Part shown: positions 51,991 to 64,000 of the stretch, one piece after another
Layout: every line of letters starts with the position of its first letter
Numbering within the stretch: the first letter of the stretch is position 1
Source of the DNA: Octopus sinensis
Lineage: Eukaryota
Direction: 5' to 3'
Assembly (NCBI RefSeq): GCF_006345805.1
Contig: NC_042998.1
Coordinates: 149,730,001-149,794,000, forward strand
DNA: 64,000 nucleotides
Made by a program: the position numbers and the translations under genes
The notes under the pieces: model-generated
Told to the model about the DNA's origin: nothing
The model's database searches: none
Seen by the model: only the letters and a program-made list of their open reading frames with translations

Positions 51991-51996
51991 GGTTGG

Positions 51997-52955
51997 AGCT
52001 CCTTTAGAAATGCACCTCTCCAAGGAAATGAAATGCAATTAAAAAAAGGTATGAAAATAGAAAGTATATACAAAATAAATGATGTATGCAAAAACTTAGA
52101 AAGATTCATCCATTTTCTTATATTCTAAACTAAAAAATATAACAAACGGAAAACGCGCACTCGCGAATATAAACAAACATGTCGGCCGATACAAGGGGAG
52201 GTAATTTACTTTTACCAGTCAGGTATTATTAATGATACGAGGATATCTTTTGCAAATTCTTGATTGTTTTTAATCAGAATTTTTTTACTGTGTACACTGG
52301 TTAGGGTTAGTGTTAGGATTAGGATTATGGTTAGTGTTAGGGTTAGGATTAGTGTTAGGTTTAGGGTTAATGTTAGATTTAGGGTTAGCTTTAGCGTTAG
52401 GGTTAGGATTATTGTTAGGGTTAGGGTTTGGGTTAGTTTTAAGGTTAGGGTTAGCTTTAGGGTAGTGTTAAGGTTAGGGTTAGGGCTTAGGTTAGGGTTA
52501 GAGTTAGGGTTAGGGTTAGTTTTAGGGTTAGGTGGCGTGCACTCGCTTTACCTTTGCCCATTTTATGAAGTGATATACGACAGAAATAATTATAAAACAA
52601 TAGAGTAAATATGCTTAAGACGTATGCAAATTTTGTTATTTTTATTTTTGTTTTCAGTTAACAGTGAAAATAAATTATAGAACATATAACTCAATAGTTA
52701 TTTGACCCTTCGTATCATTAATAATACTTCATTGGTAAAAGCAAATTATCTCCCCTTGTATCATCCGACATGTTTGTTTATATTCGCCAGTGCCCGTTTT
52801 CCGTTTGTTTTATTTTTTAGTATAAAATATTTAAAAATGGATGAATCTTTCTAATTTTTTGCATACATCATTTATTTTGTATGTATTTTCCATTTTTATA
52901 ACATTTTTTTAAAATTGCGTTTCACTTTCTTGGAGAGTTGCGTTTCTAAAGGAGC
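51997..52955. mobile_element. Foldback element with ~245-bp TIRs enclosing a telomere-like array
   Basis: gctcctttagaaatgcacctctccaag...gtattattaatgatacga (to ~52240) pairs with tcgtatcattaataatac...cttggagagttgcgtttctaaaggagc (from ~52710). Confidence 0.88.
52299..52532 (+). repeat. Degenerate interstitial (TTAGGG)n array, ~39 hexamers
   Basis: ggttagggttagtgttaggattaggattatggttag...gggttagggttagttttagggttagg. Confidence 0.9.
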
Positions 52956-53044
52956 GCTCAATGTATTAAGAACTTTTTTGGATAATTATCTAATTCATTC
53001 CCCAAAACATACCTCATAAATGTATTCATACTACCAATTCTTGT

Positions 53045-53237
53045 TGTAATAAATACTTGCTTCAAATTTTGGCACAAGGCTAGCAATTTCAGAAGCGGGG
53101 ATAAGTCGATTACATCGACTCCGGTGCTCGGCTGGTGCATCTTTTATCAGCCCCGAAAGGATTAAAGGTCGGCAGAATATGAATTGTGAATGTAAAGACG
53201 GACACAAGCGTTTTTCCAATAACAGCTCGCCGCCTTG
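53045..53237 (-). mobile_element. Degenerate SINE (family of 19975)
   Basis: taagtcgattacatcgac...ccccgaaaggat...cagctcgccgcctt. Confidence 0.7.
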
Positions 53238-54105
53238 TAATGAATATTAAAACGTCAGCTTGGGTTTGACTTTCAGGATTAAAACATAACTCAACGTTAT
53301 GTATTGAATGCTTTATTCAGTTAATTTTAGCTGTTTTAATATAACTTGAAACACCTGCATTAATAAATACGGTCCTCTCTGAAGTAGAACTTTTTTTTTA
53401 GATGCGGAATAAAACTATGCAGCATTGAGCAAATAAAACTGCAAAAATAATGAATGAATTTTTCTATCTAAAGCATCGTGATGCTTTCACCTGAAATATA
53501 TCGGGAATGTCTACTTGCACAAGACCGAAAATTTGAAAAAAAGGGGTGGTGGAGGCGATAAGGTGGAGAATTTAATTCTTTAGGGAAAAACATTTGTCTA
53601 AAGTTATAAACAAAATCAAATATGATTCCAGAGCAGTAAAAATGAGCTCCACCTTATAATCGAGAACTATCATTCAAAGTTCATCAATATTTTAAGATGA
53701 AGAAATAATCATATTCAGTGGAACACACACACACACACACACACAGAAAATTCCCTGACTTTTCCTTAAGAAACCTACATCCTCATTCCAGTAAATAATG
53801 TAGTTCTTATATTATTTATAAAAAGATACCACACTTCGAAAGATCCCTTTGGGAACTTATACAGCAATTTCTGTGCGCCTTCCGTGCTACAACGCACCGC
53901 AAAAGGCCTTTCCTCAGTATCTAATACACAGCTCACAATATCATTTTATTTTTGTCTACTGTCTAAAATTGTCCTTTTGGTTTCTATTTCAAGTTTCAAA
54001 ACACGGTAGCACAGGAGCAGGGATAGGTCAGGAAAGGATAGGGAACAAATTTAGCAGTAACGCAGTGCATCGTCGGGTTTTTTTGTGAGAATCTTGCTGT
54101 CAGCC

Positions 54106-54129
54106 TTCACGTGATTTCAATCACGTGAA
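54106..54129. promoter_or_regulatory. Palindromic pair of TCACGTGA E-boxes (candidate cis-element)
   Basis: ttCACGTGatt-tc-aatCACGTGaa in apparently unique sequence. Confidence 0.3.
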
Positions 54130-54749
54130 TACGTAAGATGGAGTGTTGAGCGACAGTCGTGATGCTTGTCTTCTGTCTGCCTATCTGCCTGCCTGTCTCA
54201 GTTGGTGTCTAGCCGTCTGCCTGTTTATCTGACCTCGCTTCATTTAGTTATCTGTTTATTTTCCTCCCTGGGTTGCAAGTTTTCTCCATTTTAAGCCATA
54301 AAAGTCTATCTATCTGTCTCTATTTATCCTTGGCCCTTTTATCTGATTATTTTCTTGCTTACCCTCCTCTTTTTCTGTGTGTGTGTATATATATGTATAA
54401 TACATATGTATACACAAAAATCTATATCATTTCCTCTCCCTCTTTCTCCCTCTCTCACTATTTTTTTTTCACATTTCCTTATCCCTTTAAATTCTTCGCC
54501 TTCTTTGTCGCTGTTTCCCATCTCTCTCTTCCTCATTCTCTCACTCTCTCTCACACACATTCTCTCTCTCTCTCTTTCTCTCGCTTTCTCTCTCTTCTTA
54601 TCTATCTCCCTCACAATCTAACTCCCCGTCTTTCGCCATCCATCCCACCTGCATCTTTCCCGTATCATCCCACTGGGAAGCAAAACCATTACCGCAGCTG
54701 CATCTGTAACGGCAAGAAATACCTCAAAATTTAATTTACAACGCCAACA

Positions 54750-55850
54750 GCCCCACCACCCCACCACTACCACCAGCATCACCAAAACCACTACTACCAC
54801 CACTACCACCACCACCACCACAACAACAACAACAACAACAATAACAAAAATATCAACAACAATAACAACAACAACAGCAACAGCTACAATAATATAATTA
54901 CCTTCTTCCATTTTAGCATCACCGCCCCCGCTCCCCATAGCCACCCTCATCACCATAAAACTTCATCTCCGTAACGTCTGTCGATGCCACTACACACGTC
55001 GCCATAACTGCCCCCAACACTACCATGTCTATCACCACCACTACCACCACCTCCACAGCCGCAACTACAATCACCGTCACAGCCACCACCATAACGACAC
55101 CTGCGGCTACAAACACAACCACCACCAACAACACGACCAACTCCACCAACTCCACCACCCTACCAGCAGCAGTGGCAGCAGCAGCAGCAACAGCAGCAGC
55201 AATAACAGCAACACCACTATCATCATTATCAACATCGTCACACCTGTCGACACAGCTTCCACTAACATCATCGTTCTCGCTATCGCAATAATCGTTATTA
55301 CGATGACATCCGCCGCTGCAAGCACCACTGTAAACAACGCCACCTGCATTAAACACCAACCATTACCACCACTACTACCACCGCCACAACTACCTTGAAA
55401 ACCACCACCGAGGTATTCATATCCCACCTCCACAACGCCCAAACATAACTGTCGTCATCGTCATTATCCTCATCATCCTCATCATCATCATCATCATCCT
55501 CATCATCATCATCATCGTCATCATTTTCCTCATCATCGTCATCGTCATCATCATCGTAATCATCATCCTACCCCCTCATCCCCCTCCTCCTCATCACCAT
55601 CATTATCATCATCATCATCATCATCATCATCATCGTCATTATCGTAATTCTCCTCCTTCTGGTAGGCAATAAAGAAATCATTGTCATTATACTCGTTACC
55701 GCAAGCAATACTATCAGAAGCAGCATTAGAACTTCCACCAAGTCCATTTCGACTATCCTTTTCATCATCATCATCTTCATCTCTCCGCTACAATCACCAA
55801 CATCCTCACCATCATTACACACTTTACTATGATCAATACGACGTCCAATA
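54750..55850. repeat. Degenerate trinucleotide block (CAC/CAA/CAG/CAT)
   Basis: Direct reading. Confidence 0.85.
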
Positions 55851-56886
55851 CCACAGTTATCCGTAACACCATTACTATACCCATCGATTCAGCCACTAGA
55901 GGTAGGGCCACTGGCGGCAGGGTCACCAAATGTAGTCTCTTCGGAGGTTTTCCACTCTCTAAAAATAGTTCTTCGAAAGGTGAAAGAAACCATTAAATAA
56001 TATAGAGTTAGATGAACTATGTGTGAAAAGATGGGATGGTTACGGCAGGAATATCTTTTATCATAGGTCTGTTTGATCAGGTCTGACCTAAGGTCAAGCA
56101 TTAATATCCTCCACAGTTATTACTATTGTAACCAAAACATTGTATTTTCACTTTTTTAGCTCATCTGACCAGACTCACTATTTCAGACTGACACAAGACA
56201 GCAAGGTGGTCTAGAGATGATAGAAAAATAGCTATACCCACTCCAAATCACAACCTATCTTCAAGAAAAGGAAAAACAAAAGAAAGTAAAAAAAAAAGTA
56301 AAAAGAAAATGCAAATCAGATAATGTAATTGTCAAGTCTCTTGAATGCCATTGGTCTTCGATCTCCTCAGATTAATTTGAGTTTAAACAATAAGTGATAA
56401 ATATCAACTAAGTCCACTTCCGTTAAATATCTCTTAATAAGCAGATTCCAGCGTCTCTGAAATGGCGACCATGTGGCTCCAATTATCTGTTTTAGGGTGT
56501 TAAGTTGGTTCAGAATTAAAATATTTTTCTTTGCTGTCGAACTAAAATCACAAGTGAGTTCCATTCGTGTTCAGATTATTCAACAAATCCCGGACTGCAC
56601 AGCTGCTCCAGAGACACAGACAGGCACACACACACACACACACACACAGACACACACACACACGCACGCACAAACACACACACACACATGCACGCACGCA
56701 CACACAGACGCACATACACATATACACACACACACAGACACATATTCACACACACATATTCCTACATACAAACACATACGCACATCCCACATACACTACA
56801 TCCCAAACACAGGTCTCACAGATAATTGATAAACCATTACTCACCAATATACTACAACTTCTGCGTGACAAACGTGCTGTTTCTTC

Positions 56887-57043
56887 ACTACTACTATTAC
56901 CACTACTACTACTACTACAACTACTACTATTACTACCACCACCACCACTACTACTGCTACTACTGCTGCTACTACTACTACTACTGCTACTACTATTACT
57001 ACTGCTGCTACTGCTGCAGCTGCTGCCGCTGCTGCCGCTGCTG

Positions 57044-57085
<42 letters not shown>

Positions 57086-57113
57086 TTGCTGCTGCTGCTG
57101 CTGCTGCTGCTGC
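56887..57113. repeat. (CTA)n/(CTG)n microsatellite
   Basis: Direct reading. Confidence 0.95.
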
Positions 57114-58189
57114 TATAAATGAACAAGTTGTATATCATACTCATCCAAACGAGCTACGAAAGAAACCTCTCCCTGGTCGCTCGACCTGCCAGAAATAGCA
57201 TCCAAAGTCCTCTTAAATTATATCCGGCTATCTAAAAAAAACCCGATGTCGGATAACTCATTGCTTGGCTTAGTTTTAGACAGACAATGCTTCAAAAGGA
57301 CTTAAACAGTTTTTACGATAAGCCGGCTCAATCAAAACCATCAAGAGCTAAATAACAAACCCTTTCAAATACCCTACCTCATCATTTTTGCACTTCTCAT
57401 TTTACGTTTTGTATCTCAGTGTCATGAGAACAGTATTTGTCCCGGTTCCTGGCTTTCTGACTTCAAATACCACCGAGGCCAACTTTAGCTTCCATCCATT
57501 TGGGGTCGTTAAATTCACCATTTAAATGTGGTTGATTTGAGATGCCTTGTGGTATTTGTTCCGGATGCTCGGGTTCTAAATTGTTGTGTTGTGGGATTAA
57601 TCCGTCGCCCAGTCTAATATCCCCGCCTGACCCTTGGGTTATTTTAGCTGAACTTACTCAGTTGCAGTATCCAGTAGAGGGCTCTGATTCAAAGACAATT
57701 TCCTCCCTATCTTTCACCATTCTCGGTGATCTTAAAAAATGATAAAAGTCGTTGGGCACTGCTCTTCCCCTTCCCTAAATAAGCAGTAAAAAAAATTCCC
57801 ATTCTAAGTCTTTTACTAAATAATTTGCTGCCAAAGTTGTGATTCTTTCGAACCCCTTCGCATTCCAAGTCTTCCCATTTGGTTTCAACAATCAGAAGTT
57901 AAAACTGACCATCAACCTCGTCGACACCTGAACTGAGGAAACCTCTTCGTATTAAAAAGATAATTAAAAAGCACAAATGATATATGTGTATGTGGAAAAA
58001 TAATATAACAAGAGAAAAAAAAAATCCAACAATGTTCTTAATGGTCTGATATCATTGACAGTGTTGATAGAATCTCTAATGGAATTCATATTATCAAAAT
58101 TTCATGGGAAAATGAGAATGGAATAAACTAGAGGAGCACTTGAATTTAGCACTACATCTTTAAGAAATCTTAGATATTCTTGTTCCTGC

Positions 58190-58345
58190 TGTATGGCTGA
58201 ATGATTAAGAGGTTGCTCTCTCAACCATGAGGTCTTGCGTTTGACCCCACACCGCCTGGTATTTTTGGGGAATGGTATTTTCTATTACCTGGAGTTGACT
58301 CATACTCCGAGAGTTAATCTGGATAGATGGAGACTGTGTAGAAAC
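58190..58345 (+). mobile_element. Degenerate tRNA-derived SINE
   Basis: tggctgaatgattaagaggttgctctctcaaccatgaggtcttgcgtttgacccc. Confidence 0.6.
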
Positions 58346-58501
58346 CTGTAAGGTAGAATCTACTCTTAATTCCAAACAATATGGAATTGTCATGCTGATT
58401 ATGCTTGAGAAATACAATAAGAGTACATATATGTCTGATGAATACTCGGTCACTTACACATTTATTCATGTGTTCGTCATTGATTTTCTATAATTTTCAA
58501 C

Positions 58502-58614
<113 letters not shown>

Positions 58615-58790
58615 TAAGGTTGAGCTGGCGAGAGTAAAAGTATTGTTTTATACGATAACTTCACACATTCCCAACGGGATATTGAACTCACGATCAGAAT
58701 TTTCAGTGGATGCAAGCATAAATATCTCTTAAAAAACTGGAAGATTTCACCCATACCTGATTGACTGGGCATCAATTTATCTTATCTTGT
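58615..58790 (+). pseudogene. Penelope-like C-terminal fragment
   Basis: ESKSIVLY...IFSGCKHKYLLKNWK, compare RSEIFSKYKH..LLGNWK at 11121-11372. Confidence 0.5.
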
Positions 58791-59291
58791 ATCGCCTGGT
58801 GACGACGCATATATTTTCTCCTTTCATAATGTCACTTTGTACTTATATTTTATATTCAGGTTTATTATTTATATTTCATATTCATATATTTTTATGTTTA
58901 TTATATTTTTCACATTTTTTCATATATTTATTCATATTTTTTTCATATATTTTATATCTTTTTGCATATTTCATATTTTTACACACCACTTTAAATTTTT
59001 CTATCATTTCTTATATTCTTATAGTCCTTAATTCACTTATTTTTATTACTTTTTATTACATTGTATATTTATATCGCATATTTATACTTTATATTTATAT
59101 TATATCTATCTACATTACTTAAATCATTCGCTTGGTTATACATTTAAGGTTTCCACTTTTTATTTATGGGCCCTTTACATTCGCAGTTCGCTTTAGTGGT
59201 ATCTTCCACACGATCCGTTTGGTTTTTAGGGTCTTTTCGTGCCGTTTTATATTCAGTCCATTATTTAAACTACTTGGTTCGGTACAATGGT

Positions 59292-59347
59292 CCACGCCTG
59301 AAGAACGTACTTGGGTTTCCATGTACGTGAACCTATTAGTTGCGTGG
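59292..59347 (+). ncRNA. Type-I hammerhead motif (family E; A15.1 to C)
   Basis: CCACGC-CUGAAGA-ACGUAC(uuggguuuccau)GUACGU-GAA-C-CUAUUAG-UU-GCGUGG. Confidence 0.7.
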
Positions 59348-59419
59348 TTTATACTAGAGGAAAACTCAAAACCAAGGCAGGACGAGTATCTCAAGTCGTA
59401 TAGAATAATTTAATTTGAA

Positions 59420-59495
59420 ATCTTACATCCGTTTCTGGAATAACCCAAGTGGTAGGTTAGCATATTCATGCACTGGGTATTCAGTCATCAGAGAC
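59420..59495 (-). ncRNA. Type-I hammerhead motif (family F)
   Basis: Minus: GUCU-CUGAUGA-[uacccagug...cacuuggguua]-GAAA-CGGAUG-UA-AGA. Confidence 0.65.
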
Positions 59496-59899
59496 AAGGT
59501 ATGAATATTTTAGGACGGGAAAATTTACTGTTTACAAGAAATAAAATTTACAGTTTATAAGGAATAAAGTAGAATAAAGTAGAATAAGGAATAAAGTAGA
59601 ATATATATAGAAAGTATGATGGACTCAAATGGGTTTTGTGAGTGGGTGTATGAGAGAGAGAGAGAGAGAGAGAGGAGAAATAAATAAAAAATAAGAGAGT
59701 GATAAAAGGGCAAAAAATAAGAATAAATTTTTAAAATATTAATAATAAAAATAATAAAATAAAAGTAGAGGTAATGATAGATATATCATAAATGGATTTT
59801 GTGAGTGAGTGTGTATGGGAGAGAGGAGAAAGGAAATAAAAATAAAATAAGATAGAGGTAAGGAGGTAAAAAATAAGAATAAAAAAGAATATATAAATT

Positions 59900-59975
59900 G
59901 TCTCTGATGATGGTTTACCCAGTGCATCGACATGCTAATCTACCACTTGGGTTATCCCAGAAACGGGTGTAAGAC
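59900..59975 (+). ncRNA. Type-I hammerhead motif (family F), long stem II
   Basis: GUCU-CUGAUGA-UGG..UACCCAGUG...CACUUGGGUUA..CCA-GAAA-CGGGUG-UA-AGAC. Confidence 0.7.
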
Positions 59976-60251
59976 TTCAAATTAAGTTATTCTAAAAGAC
60001 TTGAAATACTCGTTCTGTCTTGGTTTCGATTTTCCCTCTAATATAATATATACCTGCTTTAGCGGAACCCTAACACGGATACCTAGATCCAGCTTTACCT
60101 GTGATCTTGGAACCTAGCTATAGCACTTACCCAACGTACGTATTCGTTTAGATCACAACTTAACTAAACCCCTCATATTCTCTCTCTTACTCTGTCTCTG
60201 TCTGTGTCTCTCTTCTCTGTATATACATACATATATACATACATACATACA

Positions 60252-60311
<60 letters not shown>

Positions 60312-60392
60312 TATATATATGTATATATAAATATATATATATATATATAATATATATATATATACTTTATTTTAAGCAGCAGAAAATTCAAC

Positions 60393-60438
60393 AAAACTGT
60401 TACTCTGAGTTTCTCGTTGCCGTTCATCAGACAGTTTT
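60393..60438 (-). ncRNA. Type-I hammerhead motif (family B, canonical core)
   Basis: Minus: AAAACUGU-CUGAUGA-ACG GCAA CGA-GAAA-CUCAGAG-UA-ACAGUUUU: 8-bp stem I, GNRA loop II. Confidence 0.75.
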
Positions 60439-61599
60439 TGCTAGAATGGAACTTATATATTAATTCAATCTATACTCTTACAAACGCTACACCTTTAAAA
60501 AGAAATGGACTTGTTTGATTGGCCCTTTAGAAAAAACGGTCAATCTTCGAGCGATAAACAAAAAGGTCAAAAATATATGAAATGGCGGTGCCCCAGCATG
60601 GCCACAGCTCATAAGCTGAAACTAGAATCAATCAATCAATCAATCAATCATATATATAAAAAAACTTATAAAAATTATAAAAATTATAAAATCCGAGGAA
60701 AAAACCGAGGAAAAAACCTATTGCCGTTAATGAAGACAGTACAAATTAATGCATAGAAATTAAACCTGTTATAAATACTGCAATACATATTTATATTAAA
60801 ATCCACATATATATATCAACATACACAAAAGGATGCGCGTAAACGCCATACATACATATACAGACGTATGAATATGAATCTAAATTATACACATAAAAGC
60901 ATGTGTACATATATTCACGCAAACCGTCTCGCACGCAAGCTAAAATTCATTTATGTAGCAATTCTCATATACTGAGCAAGGAGGGGGAACGAAAGAAAGA
61001 GAGAAAAAGGAACGAAGGAGGGGTGGGGAAAACACTTGTAGCGATGTTATTGGCATCTATAGAGGCCAGTATACATACACAAGTTTGAATTGATACATAT
61101 ACATACCGTCGTGTGTATGCGTGCTTAAGCACAAGCATACTTTCACTTACACATACACAGATACGCATGCTTACAAATACATATGCTTTGCTATACACAT
61201 ACTTATATAAACATTCTAATTTTGACAACATTGCTTTTTTTTAAAAAAAACATTGCTTTTAAAAAATGGGTGCATTAATAAAAATATATACGAAAGACAT
61301 ATAAAATAAAATATAACATCCTATTTTGGGTCATTTATAAATAATCAGGTAATATAAATAATCAAGGTAATCCTATGCAATACAATAACATGAAAACAAA
61401 GTTTGTAGGTTTTTCCTAATATATATGTAGAAACAATAAGACTTTGCTATAGATCCGTCGTAGCGCTCAAGAGTCAAAATCAATATCAAAAATCAAAATA
61501 CAAAATATATACTCTATCCATATGGTATATTTATATTCGACATTTTAAATTTAGCCGCGTGCCTACATAAGTTCATTAACTCACTTCTTTGATTCAAAG

Positions 61600-61676
<77 letters not shown>

Positions 61677-61739
61677 TATATATGTATGTGTGTGTGTGTG
61701 TGTGTATGGAATAGGGATTTGAAATCCGGGCAGGTATCT

Positions 61740-62300
61740 TATTATCACTCTGGCTCACCACATCGAATGATATGGAAGAATGGCAAAATTTTTTAAATAA
61801 ACAATTACACGGTACCACCTCGCAAGGTGAACTGATCAGAAACATCTTCATATTAATTGCTGGTAGAGACACCGTATTTTGTAATGGAACAATAATATAC
61901 TACCAAGTATTTTAAAGGCTTATAAATCTTTAATGGTTGTAGTGCTGAAGAAGGAGCAAGAATCCTGAGATATGTATACACACGCATTACCTATTTTTCT
62001 ATCTTCGATGGCATAGTTTAAATAGACATTCGTGCACGAAACGTCGCCACAAATCAGTGCTGGATAAAAATTTCTATTGAAAATCTGTAGAGATAGCTTT
62101 AAAAGTGACAAATACCTTTAATACTAACAGAAGACTAACTTCTGGAGATGAACAATAAAAAAACTGAGATGAGGTTTTCTATGATACGTAAGTTTGATTG
62201 GAAATGGTAACAACAAATAAGATATCTTGTAAAAGACATTGCAATCAGATTTGGAACTTTATGTCTCTGAATGTAATGTAAAGTCTGAGAGTATAAAAGT
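61740..62300 (-). pseudogene. Decayed Penelope-like RT fragment
   Basis: LICGDVSCTNVYL resembles SFDV.SLFTNVP; F.Y...LYQQ follows; weak. Confidence 0.4.
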
Positions 62301-63729
62301 AAAAGGGATTTCATAAAAAGTAAACCTAAACAATTGTCTCCACTAACATCTGACTTAAAGAACTATAATTCCTTTTCTGAAATTGACACAGCCGTTACTG
62401 TTTTGCTGCGGAAATCAGATATATCCTCTCAAAATTTCGTTACGCGTAAGTGCGAAAGGCAATTTTATATACCAATATGTATTTTGATGAAGAATGCTTT
62501 GTTTGAAACTATTTTTTGACATGCTTCTGCCACTGTAAAAATGAATATTACATAACGGAATGTATTTTTTATCAAGGTCACTGGCTAATTGCGACACCAA
62601 GGCCTTTTTTATTTGTGATATATGTTTAGTTTGATTCACTTCTCCTTCTTTATTCCCGCTTAATTGATTATCAATATTAATTTAGGAATTCTCTCTGTTT
62701 CCAAGAATTGCTGTTAATACTAGAGTGTTACCCGTCATATGTAGCTTTGAAAGTATACTTTTGCCACCAATCGTAATATCAGGAAATATATTATACATAC
62801 AGTAATTATAAATGAACTTTTATAAAATATCTTGCTGCTTACACAAAACGATGAAATGAATATTAATTTTCAACTGAAAATATTTTAATCCTGAAATAAA
62901 TTTAAATTGGACAAATTTCTAATTTCCATAACTCCTCTAATAATTAATAGGTCACTTCTTTTCTCGTTCTTCCTTCTCTGTCTCAATGATTCTTTCTCAT
63001 TGACTCTATGTTTGTGTATAATGTTCCGTTGTTCACTACCGGCCATCAAGCCTAGTATGCGTACTCATCTTTTAATCCTCGTCGCTATGGTCTCTGTAAT
63101 TCTTTTGTATTCACTTTCCCTCTTTCTATATTCGATAGAAAGTTTTACTGGCGAAATGAACCAACCAATAAATATCTCAGTCATTATCTTTATAAAGATT
63201 AAAATATTCCTTTTTTCTCACTGCATGATTTCTTATAATTTTGTCATCCGGTATGTTAATTTACACTTAACATACATACCAGCTTATGATACTAACAGGG
63301 CAGGCCTTTTTTACTATAACAATATAACTCTTTTACTACTGGAGAATATTTTTTAATACTAAGGACACACCTTAGTATTTGACTTACACCTCTATTTTCT
63401 TAAAAATGAAGTCAATAATTATACATCTCTAATATATAACCCCCCACCCCATAAAACAACACTACAAGAAACATTTTCTTTAAGAAGTGTCCAAAAGTGA
63501 GTACCAGCTGTACTCCCAGATGGCATAATATAACACAAAAGCCAACAGAATTAACAGGGGCCAACTGTGTATTCATAAACGCGAATGCATGACCAGTCAA
63601 TCAGTCATACAAAGAGGAGGCGTGAATATACGAAACACAAGTCACACTAATCACACCATGGAATGTTATATATTATACGCTACAGTCATGTTCGTACTTT
63701 ATTTTTGTTCATTGAAATTCATTTACGGC

Positions 63730-64000
63730 ATGCGTGTGTTGTGTGTGTGTGTATGTGTGTGTGTTGTGTATCTGTTGTGTGTGTGTCTTGTGTGTGTGTG
63801 TCTTGCTTGTGTGTTATTCGTGTGTGTTGTGCGTGTGTGTTGTGCGTGCATGTGTTGTGCTTATGTGTGTGTAGATAAATATTCCTATATATACATATAT
63901 ATAAATATATATATATGTATATATGTATATATGTATGTATATATGTATACATATATATATATATACATATATATATAGGTATATATATATATATATTTAT
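63730..64000. repeat. (TG)n/(TA)n block
   Basis: Direct reading. Confidence 0.9.

Larger units (their letters stand above)
59355..60040. repeat. ~143-bp inverted repeats (59355-59497 / 59898-60040), each with a family-F hammerhead
   Basis: tagaggaaaactcaaaaccaaggcaggacgagtatctcaagtc / gacttgaaatactcgttctgtcttggtttcgattttccctcta. Confidence 0.85.

Noticed and set aside
52264-52608. 114-aa VRVR/LGLG ORF
   Set aside because: Translation of the TTAGGG-like array
54618-57144. Poly-T/V/L/S/Y ORFs, mucin-like appearance
   Set aside because: Trinucleotide repeats open on both strands; no domain or splice support
62300-63400. 149-aa hydrophobic ORF
   Set aside because: T-rich composition explains it; non-ATG start and no motif

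Overview
Eukaryotic, AT-rich, microsatellite-saturated DNA; the SINE repertoire suggests an octopus (coleoid cephalopod) genome (inferred from recall, not verified). I found no host protein-coding gene; nearly all track ORFs are microsatellite artefacts or transposon remnants. Identifiable content: a Tc1 with long IR/DR ends, an R4/Dong-like RLE LINE inserted in an (AAT)n run, an RTE LINE with a chain of internal templated insertions, a near-complete CR1 ORF2, Tx1/L1, RTE and CR1/L2 fragments, two mariner derivatives, several MITE/foldback elements (one carrying a degenerate TTAGGG array), many tRNA-derived SINEs and many Penelope-like (PLE) fragments. The most striking signal is about a dozen type-I hammerhead ribozyme (HHR) motifs from about six sequence families. 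Three unrelated families occur as divergent head-to-head inverted pairs, one being a tRNA-headed, non-coding HHR element (SINE/retrozyme-like). All RNA folds were done by eye and none is experimentally validated.
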